Shown here one piece after another: positions 1 to 10,708 of a stretch of 64,000 bases of DNA (position 1 is its first letter; the number at the start of each line of letters is the position of its first letter). The position numbers and the translations under genes are program-made. The DNA is taken from NCBI GenBank assembly GCA_028824575.1, contig JAPPDN010000059.1, positions 43,514 to 107,513 of the forward strand, given 5' to 3'. The notes beneath the pieces are model-generated. The model worked only from the letters and a program-made list of their open reading frames with translations. It had not been told where the DNA came from and did no database searches. Source of the DNA: Candidatus Poribacteria bacterium. Lineage in GTDB: Bacteria > Poribacteria > WGA-4E > WGA-3G.

Positions 1-300
1 AACATGATACATCGTGTGCTGCCGATGCGGGTCCTGCATCGAGACGCGACCGCCACTCAACGCCCGTGTGTTGCGGTGCTTCGCAATCGCTTTTGGGTCC
101 CTACCGAAAACCCGTTTGCTGTAGTGTTGGAGTGTCCTTTGTAGATTCATGTGTTCTGGGTTGTTGGTTATAAGTTATAAGTTATAAGTTAAGAGGGGTA
201 TAGGGGACATCCATACCACTCCGGAATATTCAATGAAGTCGTGAATTGTTACAGGAAACCCTCTTAACTAAAAACCAAGAACCAACCACCTACAACCCTC

Positions 301-1752
301 TTACCTCATCTTCACACTGCCATGGATAACTCGCCCGCTTCCGATGCCACGGGGGCCTTTTTGCAGGGTCCGCACAAGATAACTTGTGCCATCGATGCCA
401 TGTTTTTCACCGTCTGTCTCGGCATCGTCCTTTTGCGGGTTACCCGTCCGTTTCTCGCTGTAACTCAAACTCAAAAACTCATCAGTGACCTCAACGGGTA
501 GATATTTTTCTTTCAACGTCTCATCTGGCGGATGCACCAACCGATCCCGTAAAAAGAAAATCGCAGGTTGACCGGTCTCGTCAATTTTCAACCGTTTCTG
601 CACTGCTTGAATCTGTGCAACTCTGTCTTTGGGCGGTTCGTTCACCCGAAAGCCAGCGAACTCCAACTGCGCCACGCCGTCCTGGTCGGCAGAGTCTACC
701 GCCGCATACCGAATCTTCTTCTTCTCCTCTCTATCACAGTTGTCTAATATCAATTGTATCAAGTCGGGTTTTATCAGATTCGTTTTGTAGATCTCCTTGT
801 AGGCGTAAAGCCGATCGTCAGGGGCATGTGCCCACCAAATCACGCTCGCCGCATCCCGATACCCCCAGTCGACACTCAGATACCGCGGCCAGTTCGGCAT
901 AATCGCGGTGTTTGTATTGACAATGTGGATTTCAGGGTCAAAGCCTTCAAAGACTAAATCCTCACCGGAACCCCATAGCCCCAGAAAGCCTCGTTTGAAA
1001 CGTAAGCCCTCTAAATTCTTGAGTTTCTCAACACGCCGAAAACCGCTATCCGTGAACAGGTGCTCGATCTTCTTGAGAAGTTTCGGATCCGGGTTGTTTT
1101 CAAACGCCCTTTTGAATTCTGCTAACTTCGGAGAAGTCTGATCGATGATCTCCGGATTATCGAGAAAAGAGAGCGAAAAATACCGAAGTTTCTTCTCTTT
1201 GGCTTGCTGGCGAATCCAGTGATTCGGGACACTTGGGTTGCAATCGCCGAGCAACTGTGCAATCGGCATCACACCCGCACGTTCCGTCACACGACCCGTC
1301 AACTCGTCCCACGCATCAAAAGGGAGCAGCTCACACTGGTTGACGAATGCCGCATCGAAAAAATCAGATAACAGGTTCTGCGGTTTGTCCAGCCCGTTCA
1401 CGTAGATACGCGTGCCGTTCTTATACTCAAAAAACTCCGGCTTCTCGCCACCGAATCGAGTGACATCCGTCGGATTCGAGGCATCCCGACTCGTCGGCGT
1501 ATAGCCGAGGTATTTATAGTAGGTTGGCAGGATATTCCGATAGACACGACTCAGACTTCGATGTACGAACGTCATTCGAGAGCCTTCAAACTCGTTCGCA
1601 AGTGCATCCATATACGCACAAAGACTAAATGTCTTACCCGCGTCATACGTGCCACCGGCAACTTTTACACTCGCATCCGACTCCCATAAGTCCAGCATTT
1701 TGCCGTAAATCGCAAATTTGCCTCGACTGAACCTATACGCGTAATGGGGCAT
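301..1752 (-). CDS. phage terminase large subunit-like (ATPase + nuclease)
   Basis: 483 aa ORF. Walker A-like motif VAGGTYDAGKTFS near the N-terminus and an acidic C-terminal half (AVDSADQDG), typical of TerL. Sits next to a small DNA-binding gene. Confidence 0.55.
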   Translation of the reverse strand: MPHYAYRFSRGKFAIYGKMLDLWESDASVKVAGGTYDAGKTFSLCAYMDALANEFEGSRMTFVHRSLSRVYRNILPTYYKYLGYTPTSRDASNPTDVTRFGGEKPEFFEYKNGTRIYVNGLDKPQNLLSDFFDAAFVNQCELLPFDAWDELTGRVTERAGVMPIAQLLGDCNPSVPNHWIRQQAKEKKLRYFSLSFLDNPEIIDQTSPKLAEFKRAFENNPDPKLLKKIEHLFTDSGFRRVEKLKNLEGLRFKRGFLGLWGSGEDLVFEGFDPEIHIVNTNTAIMPNWPRYLSVDWGYRDAASVIWWAHAPDDRLYAYKEIYKTNLIKPDLIQLILDNCDREEKKKIRYAAVDSADQDGVAQLEFAGFRVNEPPKDRVAQIQAVQKRLKIDETGQPAIFFLRDRLVHPPDETLKEKYLPVEVTDEFLSLSYSEKRTGNPQKDDAETDGEKHGIDGTSYLVRTLQKGPRGIGSGRVIHGSVKMR

Positions 1753-1757
1753 CTAAA

Positions 1758-2480
1758 TCAAACCGTCCGTTTTTTGAGGTCCTTTCCCGGAAGTTTCGCT
1801 AAGACATCTCGCATCGTCTCGTCATATTCGCGAATCACGATCACCTGATCCTCAGGCGGCGCATTCTCAAGTTCCTGTTTTTCGCGTTGCGCGGTGTTCT
1901 TTTTCGCGTCCTCTACGGCTTGACGGGTGTTCGCATCATAGCCACGGTCAACGAGATACCAGCGTTTCAGCGTTCGCTCTACGACCATCGAACATCGATA
2001 TAACGCGTTCATGACCGACGCTAACTCTTCATAATTAATTTGTGGGGTCGACAAAAGCCTCCCCATCTCCCTATCATAAAGATTCAAAAGCATATTGACT
2101 GTCCATGCGTTCTGCGAATCCGTCCGCGTCAGCATCTCCCTGTTCAGCATATACCAACCCGGACGCACTCTTAGAATCTTGCTGGCATCATGGAGCTCTT
2201 TTATCGTTTTTGTGATGTAGCTTTTCGTCTTGGTCGTCACTGCGGCATGTATGTCTTTCGTACGCATTTCTGGCACCGTCGAAAGCACCTGGAGAATTTG
2301 TACCGAACAGGGAACTTTTGTAGCACTTTCTGTAGGCATATTAGTAGTCATATTAGTAGGCATGTTAGTAGGCATGTTAGTAGGCATATCAGTAGGCATG
2401 TTAGTAGGCATGTTAGTAGGCTTTTGAGTGGCACTTTCTGTAGATTCAGGAAGTTGGGAAGTATCCGTATCGGTTTTCAT
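1758..2480 (-). CDS. hypothetical protein with N-terminal (PTNM)n tandem repeat; possible terminase small subunit or DNA-binding partner of TerL
   Basis: 240 aa ORF immediately upstream (in the direction of transcription) of the terminase-like gene. A 12-bp tandem repeat encodes PTNMPTNMPTDM; the C-terminal part is basic and helical. Confidence 0.35.
   Translation of the reverse strand: MKTDTDTSQLPESTESATQKPTNMPTNMPTDMPTNMPTNMPTNMTTNMPTESATKVPCSVQILQVLSTVPEMRTKDIHAAVTTKTKSYITKTIKELHDASKILRVRPGWYMLNREMLTRTDSQNAWTVNMLLNLYDREMGRLLSTPQINYEELASVMNALYRCSMVVERTLKRWYLVDRGYDANTRQAVEDAKKNTAQREKQELENAPPEDQVIVIREYDETMRDVLAKLPGKDLKKRTV
2333..2422. repeat. 12-bp tandem repeat (ttagtaggcatg) x ~7.5 inside CDS 1758-2480
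   Basis: Direct reading: catattagtagg / catgttagtagg units repeated; translates to PTNM repeats on the minus strand. Confidence 0.9.
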
Positions 2481-2740
2481 TGGAACCCTCTCAAATCGGA
2501 CGCGTTTTCTATTATATTATTATAAAGTGCCACGACACACCTGTAGAAGCACATTCAACACACCGTGATGCTGATTTACAATAAAAAAGCCGTCAATTCG
2601 GATTTTTTTTCAAAAAAACCTTTCAGTTATCGGTTCTCGGCTATTAAACACTTGAAAACGTATCTCGCTTATGATAAAATAATCTATTATAACAAAACTA
2701 ATTATTATCACCCGAACCGCCCACGGAGAACACACACTGA

Positions 2741-3019
2741 ATGCCTAAACTCGAACGCACCACCTTTACACTCACCCAACAGCAAATCGAATGGATCGAT
2801 GAACAGAGTAAGAAAACCGGACTCCTCAAAGCTGAAATCATGCGACGCGCAGTCGACCAGTACGCAGAACAGGAAGAAGCGAAAGAGGAACGCCAGTTTT
2901 TTACACCCGAACAGCGGAGAGAGATCAAAGAGATCGCACGGGCGAAAGGTGTTTCAGAACTCTCTGTCATCCGTCGGGCAATCGATAGAGAACTCAACCG
3001 ATTCTTCCGGAGATACTAA
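2741..3019 (+). CDS. tandem ribbon-helix-helix (CopG/Arc/MetJ-like) DNA-binding protein
   Basis: 92 aa; two RHH-like segments (TFTLTQQQIEWIDEQSKKTGLLKAEIMRRAVDQY and IKEIARAKGVSELSVIRRAIDREL). Sits at the divergent promoter region opposite the terminase operon. Confidence 0.55.
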   Translation: MPKLERTTFTLTQQQIEWIDEQSKKTGLLKAEIMRRAVDQYAEQEEAKEERQFFTPEQRREIKEIARAKGVSELSVIRRAIDRELNRFFRRY

Positions 3020-3086
3020 TTCGGAGATACTCACCGGTAGCACAAACTTTTAGTTTGTGCATTTCCAAAAAGGAGATTTTACAGAA

Positions 3087-3434
3087 ATGCGAGAAGAGAT
3101 TTATCACGACGATTACATCACAGTTATCGTAACAGACGAAAAAGGTGCCGGTGGTGCACACCACACATACGAGATTCTCAACAGAGAGACTGGCGACGTG
3201 TTGAATACTGTTTCTTTTCAGAAGGGGCCCATCGCTGACAATGGTGTGAACGGATCCACAAACGAGGCGTATTTGGCAATCGTTGGGCATCGGCTTGAAT
3301 GTTTTCAGTCCGGTCCCTTCCCATCACATTGGAGTGTGAAAGCACAGCACGGTGTGGATTTCGCGCGGTCTGCGTTGGAAATGCGAACAGCAGAACGCAA
3401 AGCACGCGGTGTTGAAGGCAAGGATATTGCCTAA
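3087..3434 (+). CDS. hypothetical protein
   Basis: ORF with AGGAG RBS 11 nt upstream of ATG 3087. Confidence 0.4.
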   Translation: MREEIYHDDYITVIVTDEKGAGGAHHTYEILNRETGDVLNTVSFQKGPIADNGVNGSTNEAYLAIVGHRLECFQSGPFPSHWSVKAQHGVDFARSALEMRTAERKARGVEGKDIA

Positions 3435-3637
3435 AGGAAGGAATCGGAACGAAAGCACCCAGGCCCAGTAAGTGCGGTGTTTTTGCAATGTAATACAAGG
3501 AATGGAAATGTAATACAAGGAACGGATTTAGTCTATTCCCAGACTAAATCCAGTCTCTCCCCAGACTAAATCCGGTATTTCTGCGGATTTCCGTCCTAAC
3601 CGCACCGAGTGGATTACGAAAAAAGGAGAAAGTACGA

Positions 3638-3916
3638 ATGAAAAACCGAATGGATGTCCCTGAAGAATATGAACCCGTGCTACCGGGGAAAGTCAAAGCA
3701 CATCTGGTAAAGAAGCAAGCAAAAACGGATAACTCACTTCTCACACAGACTGTGATCGCAGTCGGGAAAGTCATCGCAATGCTACAGGACTCGCCAAACC
3801 CCAACGGGTTCGTTGTCGATAACCTCACACCCGAGCAACTCCGGCAACTTAAATCCGCATGTGTGAACCACCTTGCACACCTTATTCCCGGCATAGAGGA
3901 AGAGATAATAGAGTGA
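3638..3916 (+). CDS. hypothetical protein
   Basis: 92 aa ORF with an RBS-like aaaggag upstream. Confidence 0.4.
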   Translation: MKNRMDVPEEYEPVLPGKVKAHLVKKQAKTDNSLLTQTVIAVGKVIAMLQDSPNPNGFVVDNLTPEQLRQLKSACVNHLAHLIPGIEEEIIE

Positions 3917-3968
3917 TAGACCCCCGAAAAAGACAGGATGGCACCATGCTACCAAACCGAGGCAACTG

Positions 3969-4181
3969 ATGGACAAAATTACAATTGATAAACACACGTT
4001 CGCCTGTGCTCTCTCTGAACTTGCGCACACGGTGGGGACCCTCAAAGGCATCAACGGTGCATTAGAGACGTTGGGCGAGCGAATAGACCCCAATAAACTT
4101 AAAGAGATTATCGGGGACACAAGTCAACGCTCAGAAAAAGCCCTGGAATCACTGCTTCAACTGCTTTTGGAGAACGGATAG
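3969..4181 (+). CDS. hypothetical small protein
   Basis: 70 aa ORF. Confidence 0.3.
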   Translation: MDKITIDKHTFACALSELAHTVGTLKGINGALETLGERIDPNKLKEIIGDTSQRSEKALESLLQLLLENG

Positions 4182-4230
4182 ACGAAAGGTGTACACACGT
4201 GCAAGCGATCTTCTATAGAGAGGAACTCTG

Positions 4231-4857
4231 ATGATCGACATTTCTAAAGAAATTTGTATGGGCCTCTCCGATAACGAAATTGCACACAGGTATAGTCTCT
4301 CTATAGAATTTGTGCGTAGGCAACGGAAGTTTTTGGAACCGCGAGCACCCGTGCTGCCACAACAACTGAAAAGAGGCATCTTTTGTGAGGAATTTATGAA
4401 AAATGTTAATCATCGAAAATCCGTGAGTAAAGAAAAACTCAAAGCGTGGATCGATGCGAACCCCAATGGCTACATGGAACGATCCATTGCGAAAATTGCT
4501 AAGGAAGCGGATGTGTCCATATCAACAGTTCAGCGAAATCTCACTAAAATGATAGCTGAACGACACGGCATCTCGCAAGATGACGTGTCGGCGCAACGCA
4601 AAGCAGCAGGATTCACGAGAGGCACCCGAAAAAAAAAGAAATCGGAGGGGAAACCGGCGGAGAGCCGGGTTTCCGTCGGTTTCCGCCGCGTCTCTCGCCC
4701 ATCCACAGACGAGAAAAAAGTAATTTCAGGGCACTTTGATAAGGAACTCTATCGACAATTAGCACATTTGGCAATAGACAGAGACAGTAGTATGCAAGCA
4801 TTGTTGGTAGAGGCATTGAATCTGCTGTTTGAGAAGGAAGACTTGCCTCGTTTTTAG
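4231..4857 (+). CDS. hypothetical protein with HTH-like segments
   Basis: 208 aa; basic central region; possible HTH motifs (LSDNEIAHRYSLSIEFV). Confidence 0.4.
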   Translation: MIDISKEICMGLSDNEIAHRYSLSIEFVRRQRKFLEPRAPVLPQQLKRGIFCEEFMKNVNHRKSVSKEKLKAWIDANPNGYMERSIAKIAKEADVSISTVQRNLTKMIAERHGISQDDVSAQRKAAGFTRGTRKKKKSEGKPAESRVSVGFRRVSRPSTDEKKVISGHFDKELYRQLAHLAIDRDSSMQALLVEALNLLFEKEDLPRF

Positions 4858-4891
4858 TGGATTGCGCACCAATTAAGGAACAATTAAAAAT

Positions 4892-5881
4892 ATGAACGAC
4901 ATAAGACACCAACTCCCGGAATGTCCGCTTGAATACCAAGTTCCACACATTCCGGCTTCACACACCGCACTCGTGATTGAGATCAACGCCGCCGACATCG
5001 AGTGGCAAGAGAAGATGCTCCCCTGGACACTCGCCGGGCTTATCAATAACACCGACATCGTGATGAAAGGCGTACATCTCTATATCACTTGCGAGGACGG
5101 TACCCAGGAACGCATCAGAACCGCACTCAAGAGGATCGATCTGCCACCCGGCACCCTCATCACGAAAGACGCGGAAAGCAACCAACCGCTTATCCTTTTT
5201 GGGAATTACGGACACAGGTACGATTCCGTCTGTATCCTTGATGCTAACTACTGGGCGTTCCGCGGTATCGGTAAACGCCAAGATGCCTCCGACATCAAAC
5301 TCCCCTTTGGACACGTCCTACGCCATACCTGGGGCTGGGCTGTCGCTGATGTCAGCTTCCACCACCAAAACGACATGGATGTTAAAGACACTTGGGTTCG
5401 GATGTCTGAACCGTTACACCTCACCGGTGGGGATTCGCCGGAACAGCGCCAAAAACTCGCCAAGCATCTCATCGGCGCAGCAGAACGAGCGAAATGGCTC
5501 CACGCTGCGAACTGTGCTGTCTATGGAGATGACTACGAAAAGAAAAATCAGAATATCGCCGCCTACTTCTTCAATGAAACCGAAGCGAACTGGCATCTCA
5601 ACGCGTCTCTCCTGCACTACAGTGCCGCTGAAGTGAATACCCCCTACTTCGCCGAATGGGCACCCGAATGGCGGCACCTCGGCACCGAGCCACTCATCGC
5701 GCTCTGGCTGCTGAAGACAAAACAACACGCCTATAACCTTCAAGATTCCGTCATGATAGAGTCCAACTACGTCCGAGCCGAATACCCACGACTCTGTCAC
5801 ATGGAGTTTGCTGATCGGAAGCAATTCATCTACGCCATGCAGGAACTCCAGGGATCACAACTGAACATCGCGATGAATTGA
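4892..5881 (+). CDS. hypothetical protein
   Basis: 329 aa ORF, no motif recognised. Confidence 0.45.
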   Translation: MNDIRHQLPECPLEYQVPHIPASHTALVIEINAADIEWQEKMLPWTLAGLINNTDIVMKGVHLYITCEDGTQERIRTALKRIDLPPGTLITKDAESNQPLILFGNYGHRYDSVCILDANYWAFRGIGKRQDASDIKLPFGHVLRHTWGWAVADVSFHHQNDMDVKDTWVRMSEPLHLTGGDSPEQRQKLAKHLIGAAERAKWLHAANCAVYGDDYEKKNQNIAAYFFNETEANWHLNASLLHYSAAEVNTPYFAEWAPEWRHLGTEPLIALWLLKTKQHAYNLQDSVMIESNYVRAEYPRLCHMEFADRKQFIYAMQELQGSQLNIAMN

Positions 5882-6569
5882 ACTGTAGCGCAAACTTTCC
5901 AGTTTGCGTCCTCTGATAAGGGAGGTTCCTTGTAGCGCAAACTTTCCAGTTTGCGTCCTCTAGGTCGCCCAACCTGTTTGCGCATTCATAGAACTCTCAA
6001 TCGTAGTTTAGTGGGTGCTACGGATTGTAGAAGCAGGGGTTAAATTCCCGCCTAAACGAAAGAAGGTTCGGCTCCCCCAGCGGTGCCTTGAGCGCGTATG
6101 CATGTGAGAAATCATAGGTAGTTTAAAGGGTAGGGGCGAGGTCACCTCGCCCGTACACCAACCCCGTCTATTTATGAGGAGAACGCTATAAAACCGCTGG
6201 ACCCACCATCTTATGAAAAGGAAAGCAAAGAAACAAACCCAACATCAATTCCTGTGTCGCACGTGTGGAGAGGTGCATGTTGCGCCGCGACTGGGGACTG
6301 CTGAGGATAGAGCATGGCGACAAGCATGGCAAGATGAAGGGAGAGTCGCCTGTTGCGAGTGCCTTGGCGTTTTTCACCATGAACTGGTGTCGATGGCAGA
6401 TGATCGCCTATAGCCTTTATTTGAATTACGGACGTGTAGCGTAAACTTTCCAGTTTGCGTACCTCTTTCGTAGCATAACCTGTTAGGTTGTGCATCTTGT
6501 AGCGTAGGAAACTGTAAACCTCCTGTTCGTAGTAGTGCGATTCATCGCACGTTAAGGAAAGTTTAAAAA

Positions 6570-6947
6570 ATGAAACACTATAAAGCAGACATCTCCGTCC
6601 GACGCGTCGGCATCACGACCGCACCGAAAATACCGTCCGACCACCCAAACGTCCGATTCTCAACCTGCCTTCACCGTGAAGGGTTTCCAGCAGCCGACAT
6701 CACCGAAGCCCGCCAGCACGCCATCCATCTCGTCGAGAACCCAAGCACCCCCGAATTCACAGAATGCCTCGACTTCTACTTTGTGCCGTTCAAAATCCTG
6801 GAGTGGCACGCCTGGACAGATCCCATTGAACCCGAAGGCGAAACGCAGATCCATTCCTGCAGCAGCCATCCCTTCCTCGTGGGTGTGTTCAAATGGATCG
6901 TCACACTCCTTGTTTACGAAGTTGACGCGCCGGAAACCTACCGCTAA
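6570..6947 (+). CDS. hypothetical protein
   Basis: 125 aa ORF. Confidence 0.35.
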   Translation: MKHYKADISVRRVGITTAPKIPSDHPNVRFSTCLHREGFPAADITEARQHAIHLVENPSTPEFTECLDFYFVPFKILEWHAWTDPIEPEGETQIHSCSSHPFLVGVFKWIVTLLVYEVDAPETYR

Positions 6948-7244
6948 ATCACAGTCTCCCCTCACAGTCTATCATAACTCACCACAGTCAATCACAGTTC
7001 AGACGCTTTCTCTTGAAATATATTGTTTTCTTATTGTAAATCGGCATCATGTCCTGCTGAATCCCCTCCAGCGCGGACGATCGCATCAAGTATACTTATA
7101 TGCATAGACCGTAGCCTGCAACAACGGCGCAGGGTTTTTGCTGGGGGTTTTTGCTTGGGTATTTCTGCGGATTTCCCCTAGACCTACGGAATGGAACGAG
7201 AATATCCCAACCCTCCTGACCGAACCGCAAGGAAAATTAAAAAA

Positions 7245-7547
7245 ATGGCACATACGATCCTACCCAGCACAGAGACGCACACGCCTGATACCCAAATCCT
7301 CGGCAAAGACTGGGCGGGCGAATACCAACTCCTCTGCACAACTTACGACTCGGCTGAAGTCGTCTTGCAAGTGCGACCCCGAGGCACAACAACCTGGAAC
7401 ACCGCCAAATTCAACGGTCAAGACATCAAACTGACCGCAGTGGGGGAGGTCCTCGATGTCCGACTCGTCAGAGACTACGAGTACCGGCTCATGACCGCAA
7501 CCGCTGGGGCTGAAGTCGTCATCGCAAAACATGACGTTCACGGGTAG
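7245..7547 (+). CDS. hypothetical protein
   Basis: ATG preceded by the conserved leader CTGACCGAACCGCAAGGAAAATTAAAAA. Confidence 0.4.
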   Translation: MAHTILPSTETHTPDTQILGKDWAGEYQLLCTTYDSAEVVLQVRPRGTTTWNTAKFNGQDIKLTAVGEVLDVRLVRDYEYRLMTATAGAEVVIAKHDVHG

Positions 7548-7559
7548 AAGGAAAAACAG

Positions 7560-8108
7560 ATGATACAGGGTGGAATTGTCGGCGGAACTTACGGTATAGA
7601 CAGCAGTGGCGGGAAAAATCCAGTCGTCTATTACTACGGGAAAGACCAAACAAAGCGCGTCGGTGAAAATTACACGCCTGCCGGCTCAACAAACAGCAGA
7701 CCCGCTGAATTTAAAACGACTGCGGACGAAACGTATAATGGCGGAAAAAACGATCTCCTGACCATCACAAACGGCAGTGCTGAATCTGATATGGATCCAA
7801 AAAACCCACCCAATAACTCGGTCATCCAATTGCCCGCAGGACGGTATCATCTCACCTTCCAAGGATACTCTGACGATGCGCTTGAAAAATCATTCAGAGT
7901 CGAACTCCGTCAGATTCAATCAGGAAGAGACGACATCATTGTCACAGAAACACCCGGATACTCAACAGGTCCATCACCCTCACGAACCGAATATCTACTC
8001 AGCTGGCCCGACTTTATCGTTGACGGCACGGAAAAACTCTATTTTCTGTTCCCTGCGAGCGGTCGTGATAAAAGAAGCCATTTCCTACGCATCGAGAAAG
8101 TCGCATAA
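7560..8108 (+). CDS. hypothetical protein (possible virion/structural protein)
   Basis: 182 aa, Gly/Thr/Ser-rich; tightly packed after the previous gene. Confidence 0.4.
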   Translation: MIQGGIVGGTYGIDSSGGKNPVVYYYGKDQTKRVGENYTPAGSTNSRPAEFKTTADETYNGGKNDLLTITNGSAESDMDPKNPPNNSVIQLPAGRYHLTFQGYSDDALEKSFRVELRQIQSGRDDIIVTETPGYSTGPSPSRTEYLLSWPDFIVDGTEKLYFLFPASGRDKRSHFLRIEKVA

Positions 8109-8129
8109 CTGATAACTGGAGACATAACA

Positions 8130-8573
8130 ATGGCGAAATTATATCTCAAAGACCTCCGAAAAACCGTTCGGAAGGCAAAACGGACAGTAAGTCACGCAGA
8201 CGTAGTGCAAGTCCATACTGCATCCGGACTCAGCAACCTTCAGTTCGTCCCGCTCGACACCTCTTATGTAGCACTGCCGGCAGAGATATGGGAACTGTTT
8301 TTGGAATACTCCGGCGTAGACCGTATCAAATACAAAAGCGACACGATGGACTGTGACGACTTCGCACAGATTCTCTGTGGTGAGTGTAAGCGAAAGCTAC
8401 ACGTCAACGGTATCGGGTTGGTCGTCGATTTTTCCGGTGGTCACGCCTACAACGCACTCCTCGCCTACGAGGGTTCCGAACTCTCGCTCCTGACCATCGA
8501 ACCCCAGAACGATAAGATCATCATCAACCGAAGCGGTATGTACGCCGCACAACAAGGTTTCCTTTTACTATGA
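8130..8573 (+). CDS. hypothetical protein
   Basis: 147 aa ORF following 7560-8108. Confidence 0.4.
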   Translation: MAKLYLKDLRKTVRKAKRTVSHADVVQVHTASGLSNLQFVPLDTSYVALPAEIWELFLEYSGVDRIKYKSDTMDCDDFAQILCGECKRKLHVNGIGLVVDFSGGHAYNALLAYEGSELSLLTIEPQNDKIIINRSGMYAAQQGFLLL

Positions 8574-9245
8574 AACTTTTCAACAACTGGTGGCAGCTCG
8601 AAAAAGCGAAACTCGCATTCATGGCGGAACACTGGGGCATCTACCTCGTCCTCGGTATCGGTCTTATCTGTTTGTGTATCTACGTCTATTTCTCCAAGGA
8701 TGATAACAATGAACTATAGGTATAGACGCGCACAGCAACGCAATTGGGAGATTGATATCCACCAGTGGTTCCAGCTTTTTATGGAGTTTCTCTATAAGTT
8801 ACAGGATAAAAGATCATAGAGTCTTCTGTTCGTTTGTGCATAGTCATAGAAGGCACGCCGTTCACATAAAGAAAATATACATATCCAGCGCGATATGTAT
8901 AAAAATTCGGAAAAAGTATACAGATGAAAGTCACCGTCCACGACATCCAGATTAATTGTCACAAGCACGGGAAAGTCCCATACACCGCAACCTCCGATCG
9001 CGGCGGTGAGGTGATAACCCTATATTGCCCGCGGTGTGAAGACGAAGCCCGGAAACAATACCTGCATCAAAATTCACCGTATCCCCTCCAGGGGACATCA
9101 CCCTCTCTGATTGAATTCTGCAACCGCGGCGACTGAGGATAACACACATCGACCGTCGGTCGACCATAGCCCATCCTGTTCGTAGGGGCGGGGTCTCCCC
9201 GTCCGTCCGCAAAGGATAAACCCAAAATTATAGAAGGAGCACCCC

Positions 9246-9863
9246 ATGAAGGTAAGAATATCCTGTGATGTGGCTCTGAAAGTGCGTCAACACCTCGACG
9301 CACAAGCCAAGGAAAACGGTATCTCCAGAGCGAAATTCATTGAGACCGCCGTCGAAGACAAAATTGAAGGCTTCAACGTCCACAAAGAGAACAAGCGACT
9401 CACCGAAGCCCACGCCCAAGCAGAACGGGACATCTTAGCCGAAGAACAGCGCGCCGCCAAACTCAAAGAGCAGCGCGACGGCTTGGCATCCGAGAAAGAG
9501 CAACTCACTGTCAAACACACCGATCGCATTAAAGAGATCGCCTCCGCCCTCGGTGTCCCCGACACGATCGGGCACATCAAGCAACGCATCGCTGAACTCA
9601 ACGAGAAATGCGATCAACTACAACGCGAGAAAACCGAACGCACCGAACAGCGTGACGAATTCGAGAGGCTCCTACACGCCGAAACAGATGCATACAATAA
9701 ATGCTATGCGCGCGCGGAATCGCTGAAAAATGAACGCAATCGCTTCAAAGCACAGGCTGAAGAAGTGAAATCCAAATTCGACACCTGTGAAGAGAAACTC
9801 ACGCGCCTCTTGATGCGCAACTGGTGGGACCGTCTCTGGAATAAACTGCCGTGGACAGCATGA
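9246..9863 (+). CDS. coiled-coil protein
   Basis: 205 aa, highly charged with heptad-like repeats (EQRAAKLKEQRDGLASEKEQL...). Confidence 0.4.
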   Translation: MKVRISCDVALKVRQHLDAQAKENGISRAKFIETAVEDKIEGFNVHKENKRLTEAHAQAERDILAEEQRAAKLKEQRDGLASEKEQLTVKHTDRIKEIASALGVPDTIGHIKQRIAELNEKCDQLQREKTERTEQRDEFERLLHAETDAYNKCYARAESLKNERNRFKAQAEEVKSKFDTCEEKLTRLLMRNWWDRLWNKLPWTA

Positions 9864-10708
9864 AAAATCCCCTCCACTTCCGATACACGCACACATGTTA
9901 CAATCGCGAGGGCGACGTCATCACGGACGACACCGGTACCCTTGAGGGGTATACTCTGAAATCCGTCAAGCTCACCCTCGTGAAAAGATTTCGACTCCAG
10001 GGCACCGGTGGTCACTGGACGTGCCTCCCCAACGGCACCTACAAACGCTCGCACAGAAGCACCGCCACCGGAGAACGCAGCACCCTTATTCTCGAACCTA
10101 TACGTGGAACCTAAGTCCCAATCTTTTCTTGGAAGAGCCCACCCACACTCCCTGTTCAGAGACTCAGACGTTTTTTTACGTGTCTCCATAGACGGATTTT
10201 GCAGTCCCCCACCACCATCAGTTAGATTATAGCCATTTGGAGATAGGGAAAAGAAAGGCATTTTCAGCGGCATGCGCCCCTAAAAATGCCATCGTGTTGG
10301 CAGAGCATATCAAAGCATTGTCTCTCCGCACTGTGTCTGTCGCCTGTTGTAGCGGTTTTCAAAAAGCGTTGGTCAAGTAAGTATTGTAGTTTGTGGCGGT
10401 TCTCGGTTCAGTTTGGGCGGGGTCTGGGGCATCTGCGGTGGGTCGCGTTCGCTTGCATGGCCTCTGGGCTGCCCTCCATTACATTACGGGCAGGTTTCCG
10501 GTTCACTCGCGACTGGGTAAGTTGCAGTTCGGACTTTCCTACTAAAACCTACCAAAACCTATAAAAATCAAAAGTTTTTTCTTGACTTTTGATTGTGAAA
10601 AATGCTATAATAAGTACATCAGGTTGGCAAGCATACGACGCGTAGTCTCTCGGCTACGTGCTTGCCTCCCACGTCGTAGGGGATAAATACCTGATACCTG
10701 ATATACCC

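Noticed and set aside
2190-2525. Plus-strand ORF with SRHV/SRHI repeats
   Set aside because: Mirror-strand translation of the PTNM 12-bp tandem repeat inside the minus-strand gene 1758-2480.
9704-10273. Minus-strand ORFs 9704-10273 and similar antisense ORFs (12672-13037, 13097-13747, 15374-15811, 32169-33041, 38635-39225, 48263-48862)
   Set aside because: They overlap longer, better-supported genes on the opposite strand, lack RBSs and show low-complexity/biased composition; treated as shadow ORFs.
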